Shown: piece after piece, positions 42,212 to 46,520 of the stretch | Position numbering within the stretch: the first letter of the stretch is position 1 | How the letters are laid out: every line of letters starts with the position of its first letter | NCBI GenBank assembly: GCA_013265495.1 | Contig: MU057744.1 | Coordinates: 3,237,370-3,283,889 of the forward strand | Length of the DNA: 46,520 nt | Source: Vicugna vicugna | Lineage: Eukaryota | Direction of reading: 5' to 3' | Made by a program: the position numbers and the translations under genes | Notes under the pieces: model-generated | Databases searched by the model: none | Told to the model about the DNA's origin: nothing | The model's input: the letters and a program-made list of their open reading frames with translations, nothing else

Positions 42212-43736
42212 TATCTTCACTCCTCTTTAAGTGGACGATCTCTAAAGAATGAGTGGGTTTCTAAGGGAGCACACGGCAGGCTCCTGTGGGGCCAGCCCTT
42301 TGCTGCTCCCTGCTCCCAGCCAGAAGGTGCTCAAGAGAGGGGACACCACGCTGTCACTGTGTCCCCCACAACCCCACACGTCAGGCTCCCCTCCCACACG
42401 CAGTGACGGCCCACCGATTTCCCCGTCTTCCCGAGTCACATCGGTTAGAACCTTGAGGTCCTTGGAGATCATCAGGTTCAGTGCTTCTCAGGTTTCACAC
42501 ACTTGCTGACCACCCAAAGTGCAGCTCTGCTCCCACGGGGCAGCCCCAGGGCCTGGTCCTGTTTCTCACCAGCTGTTGTCTGCATTGTGCCGTGCCTGAG
42601 GGTGCTGAGGCTTAGAGAACCCGGCAGTTTGGCCCAGAACTGACATCAGAGTCGCTGCTGCCCAGTGTGGTGTTTCGCATCCTTCTGCAGTCAGTGGGGC
42701 CAGGCTGTGAGCCAGACGATTTCAGTCTGTCCAGGACCCCACGGAGGAGCTGAGATAAAGCAGGTTGATGCTCTGGGCAGCACTTAGCGTTTCCGAGGGC
42801 CTCTAAAAATTCAGAAATTGTGCCCTGTGTGGATCACGGTATTTATTCCTTCCTGTTTCTTTCACCATGAGACTATGCAGATTAACTAGGTTTTCTGTTC
42901 AGTGCCAGAGCAGTGGTTCTAGGCTCACAGAAAGTCAGTGCTTTGTGGCTGATGTGTGCTTCTCCCTCGGACTTCAAGGAGAAGGGTCTACAGTGAGCTT
43001 TCATAAATTGCAGTGCTAGTTGACAGGTGGTGGGTTCATCCTTACATAGTGGGAGCGCTACCTGCCGTGTTAGGAAGACTGACTTCTCGACTCCGGTGCA
43101 TTTCAGCTCAGCAGTGTGGAGGCCAACCCGACAGTCTTCACAGCATCTTTCCATGCTTGTGATACCACACCGTCCATGTCTGTGAGGGCGTGTGTGCACT
43201 GAGTTCATCCGGGGGCAGGGACAGAGCGCCTGCTGCCCCAGACCCAGCTGCTGGCACACGGGGCTCCAGCCCCGCAGGCAGGCCCGTTTCTCCTGGCAGT
43301 GACGGCTCTCTGTTTCGTCAAAACAGACCAAGCTTTGCTCTCCCCTGTACTGAATCCTTGACATTTCCAGAAGTGATTCTTTCTATTAAGTAAGATTTTT
43401 GTAGAAGTTTGGGTTGGGATGAGGCCAACAGCTTTGAAATTATAGTGTGACGCTGCTGACACACCAGCAGATCCCAGTGTAGGAGAAGACTGAGAAACCG
43501 GAAATGTGGTGTCTTTCTCATTAGGCTAATAACCGTTAAGCATGTGCTAAGGAAAAAGTATGATTCTGAACCACATGATATCATCATTTTGAAAATGAGT
43601 TCATACTGTTGGCTGAGAATATGTAAAACCTTACCACGGCTCATTAAGCCAAAAATACAATAGGAGCTGAAACACCACATGTGAAGGTAGCTCAGAACAC
43701 TCGCACCCCTGAGTCACATGCTACACATCCCACCCA

Positions 43737-44456
43737 GGAACCCTGCTGCACTGCTGTGGGAATGTCATCTTGTGCAGACACTATGGAAAACAGTATGGAG
43801 ATTCCTTAAAACACTGAAAATATAGTTACCATGTGATCTAGCAGTCCAACTCCTGTGCATATATCTGGAAAAGACAAAAATGCTAATTCAAAAAGATACA
43901 TGCACCCCAGTGTTCATAGCAGCACCATTTACAATAGCCAAGCCATGGAAGCAACCTAAATGTCCATTGACAGATGACCGGATAAAGAAGTTGTGGTATA
44001 TTTATTACAATGGAATACTACTCAGCCATAAAAAAGATAAAAAAGAATAATGCCATTAGAAGCAACATGGATGGACCTGGAGATTGTCATTCTAAGTGAA
44101 GTAAGCCAGAAAGAAAAAGACAAATATATGATATCGCTTTTACGTGGAATCTAAAATATGACACAAATGAACTTATTTACAAAACAGAAAGAGACTCAGA
44201 GATATAGAGAACAAACTTATGGTTACTGGGGTGGGGGGGCCGATAAACTAGGAATTTGTGATTTGCAGATACAAACTACTATATAGAAAACAGATAAACA
44301 ACTAGGTCCTCCTGTCTAGCACAGGGAACTACATTCAATACCTTGTAATAACCTATAATGAAAAAGAATATATATGTAACTGAACCACTATGTTGTACAC
44401 CTGAAACTAGCACAACATTGTAAATCAACTACACTACAATACGAAAATTAAAAAAT
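43737..44456 (+). mobile_element. 5'-truncated L1 (ORF2 C-terminus plus 3' UTR, about 720 bp)
   Basis: 'cactatggaaaacagtatggagattcctt...gatacatgcaccccagtgttcatagcagc...aatggaatactactcagccataaaaaag...agcacagggaactacattcaata...ttgtaaatcaactacact' plus an A-rich tail. Confidence 0.95.
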
Positions 44457-45979
44457 GAAGACCCCATCTACTGGCTCAGCAAGGCCCTCTGTCTGTTGTG
44501 CAGCAGGGCAGTGACACAGTGCAGCCTTCATGAGGGAAAGAATCTGAGGGCCCAGAACTCACTCTTCATGTAAGAGCGTGTGTGCTCAGCTCTAAGTCAG
44601 ACTTTGAGGTGTGACTGAGAGGCACGGGGACGCTGTCCCACAGGAAAATATCTTCTCTAATGAAGCCTAAAATCCACCCTGTGCAGCCTGTGACTCGTGC
44701 TTAATCTGGCCACAGTCTTCCCGTCCGCTTCACCATACCGACATCCCCGAGAAGGCCGGCATGTTAAGTTCCCCATGTCACCGTGTGAAGCACGTTTAGA
44801 CTCTTCCCTCGTGGGTGACAGGGAGGAAAGATGCGTCCTCCTGACGCGGGAGAGGTGGGAGACATCCACAGGCCTTAAACCTCTTGCCAGCAGGGGTGGG
44901 GTGAGTGTTCTTTGTGCCAGGCCTTCTTAATAGTCTGTCATTACAAAGCCGACCACGGGGCAGCTGGTTCAGAGAACACTGGCCTTAAAGCACATCTTGC
45001 AAGTGAAGTTAGGTACGTATCTGCCTGTCACTGATTCACTTGGCTGTAGTGGGAAAATGAGCAGAAAATTACTTACAAACACAGGGCAAGCATCTTTGTC
45101 ACCACGCTGTTCAAAGCCATGAGTCAGTGTACCGTACCAACCCTTTTTAAGACGTTTCCGGAGAGCCTGCTGTGGCACCGCGCCAGGCAAGAGTCCTGGG
45201 AAATGTTTTTCTCTTTTATCAGCTGGAACTGATACAAAGCGCTTTGCATTTCCAGAGGTGATCAGTTTCTTTCCCCATCCTCACTGACCATCAAATCGTG
45301 ATCATTTCCGTGTCAAATGTAATTATAGATGAGTGTTCAAGATCAACTCTTTTCTTGGTGTGAATTTCATAGTTTTAGCCACCAAAATAAAATCTGAATG
45401 GCATATGGCAGGAAGTCACGGCTGTCAAGTTAAATGACGCAGGCAGGCTGGGGTGCACACCGTGTGGCCAAGCAGAGTGGGCCTCTCCCCGACAGAAGCA
45501 GGAGTGCAGGGCATCAGTGGGAACTCCCAGTAGTTGCCCTGAAATCGCAAGTGTTTTTCTGGGTCTCACTCTGCGGGGCCAGGCCTGGGCACAGCAGCAG
45601 ACAGACTGGTATCTTGCCACTCTGAGACTTGCCAGCTCTGCCGACCAAACCAGTTTACTTGTTAAACTGTGGTGACTGGAGGATTTAGTCTCCAAGACAC
45701 TGGGCACATGCGGATGGGAAGGAGGCAGCCTCCCTGCCGGTGGACATTTATCTCCCCTCGGTGATGACAGCTTTATGATTTTACTGAGAAAATCCATGGA
45801 AGGTGCTTTAACAAAATCGACCGTCTTTTGAGACATTTCCAAGGGCGGTGGCACAGGAAAGAGGGACCATGTTCAAAGCAGAAGCTGAAAAGGACTCAGG
45901 AGTGGAAAATATGACGTCACTCCCATGAGGGGAAATGGACAGTTTTCACTTGATTCTCCCCATTGCATCTTCACGTGAG

Positions 45980-46520
45980 GGCCGTGGCATGTCTGTGTCC
46001 AGACTGGACCACGCATGGGAGTTGTTCTTGCTGTGGAAGAGGCCCGGGCGTCGCTGTCAGACAGGCTCTCCTGGCAAATCTCCAGGGCGGGGCCTTGCAC
46101 GCACTTTCCCACTCGGCCTGGGCGGGGGCCACCCGCCTCTGCCCGCAGAGTCTCATCCTCACTTCAGCGGGAACTGCCAGTTATGCCCCGGAGAGTGTGT
46201 TCGGCGGTCGGGTTGTAGGGGACAACCTGGTGGTGGCCGCGGCCTCCCTCCCTCCCTCCGGCGGTCGTGTGGGCCGCAGGGAACGTGCCACTTGGTCCTG
46301 TGACTCCGCTGGAGCTCAGGGCTGCGCCTTCCCCCCGGGGGCCTGCAGCGCTGTCCGTCCTGGTTCCTCGGACCCCGCGCCTCTCGCCCCGGTCCTCTCT
46401 GTCACCCGGCGCGCCGCATGTCCCGCTGAACTGCTCTCTGGCTGTTTGAGTTGTGCAGACGCCTGCTGCCCCTCACTGCTCCTTCCAGACTGAAGGCGGG
46501 CCGGACGTCGGCGCCGCTGG
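45980..46520. promoter_or_regulatory. CpG island-like segment running off the right edge
   Basis: A hand count gives about 43 CpG in 46021-46520, at roughly two-thirds G+C. It includes a GC box GGGCGGGGC at 46085-46093, with a full CRE TGACGTCA just upstream at 45912-45919. Confidence 0.55.

Noticed and set aside
505..45126. About nine AP-1 heptamers (TGASTCA) across the window
   Set aside because: About six are expected by chance at uniform composition, so the excess is not meaningful.
1..46520. ORF-track entries as host protein-coding genes
   Set aside because: All are under 200 aa, overlap on both strands and have the composition expected of random GC-rich frames. Those with recognisable homology are LINE fragments. 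I recognised no host exon, so I give no gene symbol.

Overview
This is non-coding mammalian DNA, intronic or intergenic, moderately GC-rich with CpG-rich patches. It is most likely from a camelid. That is an inference from recalled camelid-type L1 3' ends and from seeing no Alu, B1/B2, Bov-tA/A2, PRE-1 or Can-SINE. I recognise no host protein-coding exon, RNA gene, CRISPR array or prokaryotic feature; ORF-track entries with recognisable homology are decayed LINE fragments. The window holds ancient MIR, L2, CR1/L3, L1M/L1ME, MLT1, MER5A1 and MER58A remnants, a complete 450-bp ERV1-type solo LTR with a 4-bp TSD, and five more recent L1 3' ends, one of them a young 232-bp copy with a perfect 17-bp TSD. 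Leads worth checking are recursive-splice-like AG|GT motifs on the + strand, candidate alternative promoters or first exons near 11.5 kb and 19.7 kb, a strong AT-to-GC substitution bias in old repeats (possible GC-biased gene conversion), nested elements, and a CpG island at the right edge. I found no convincing new biological system. Repeat family names come from recalled consensus sequences and need RepeatMasker/Dfam confirmation; boundaries of ancient elements are approximate.
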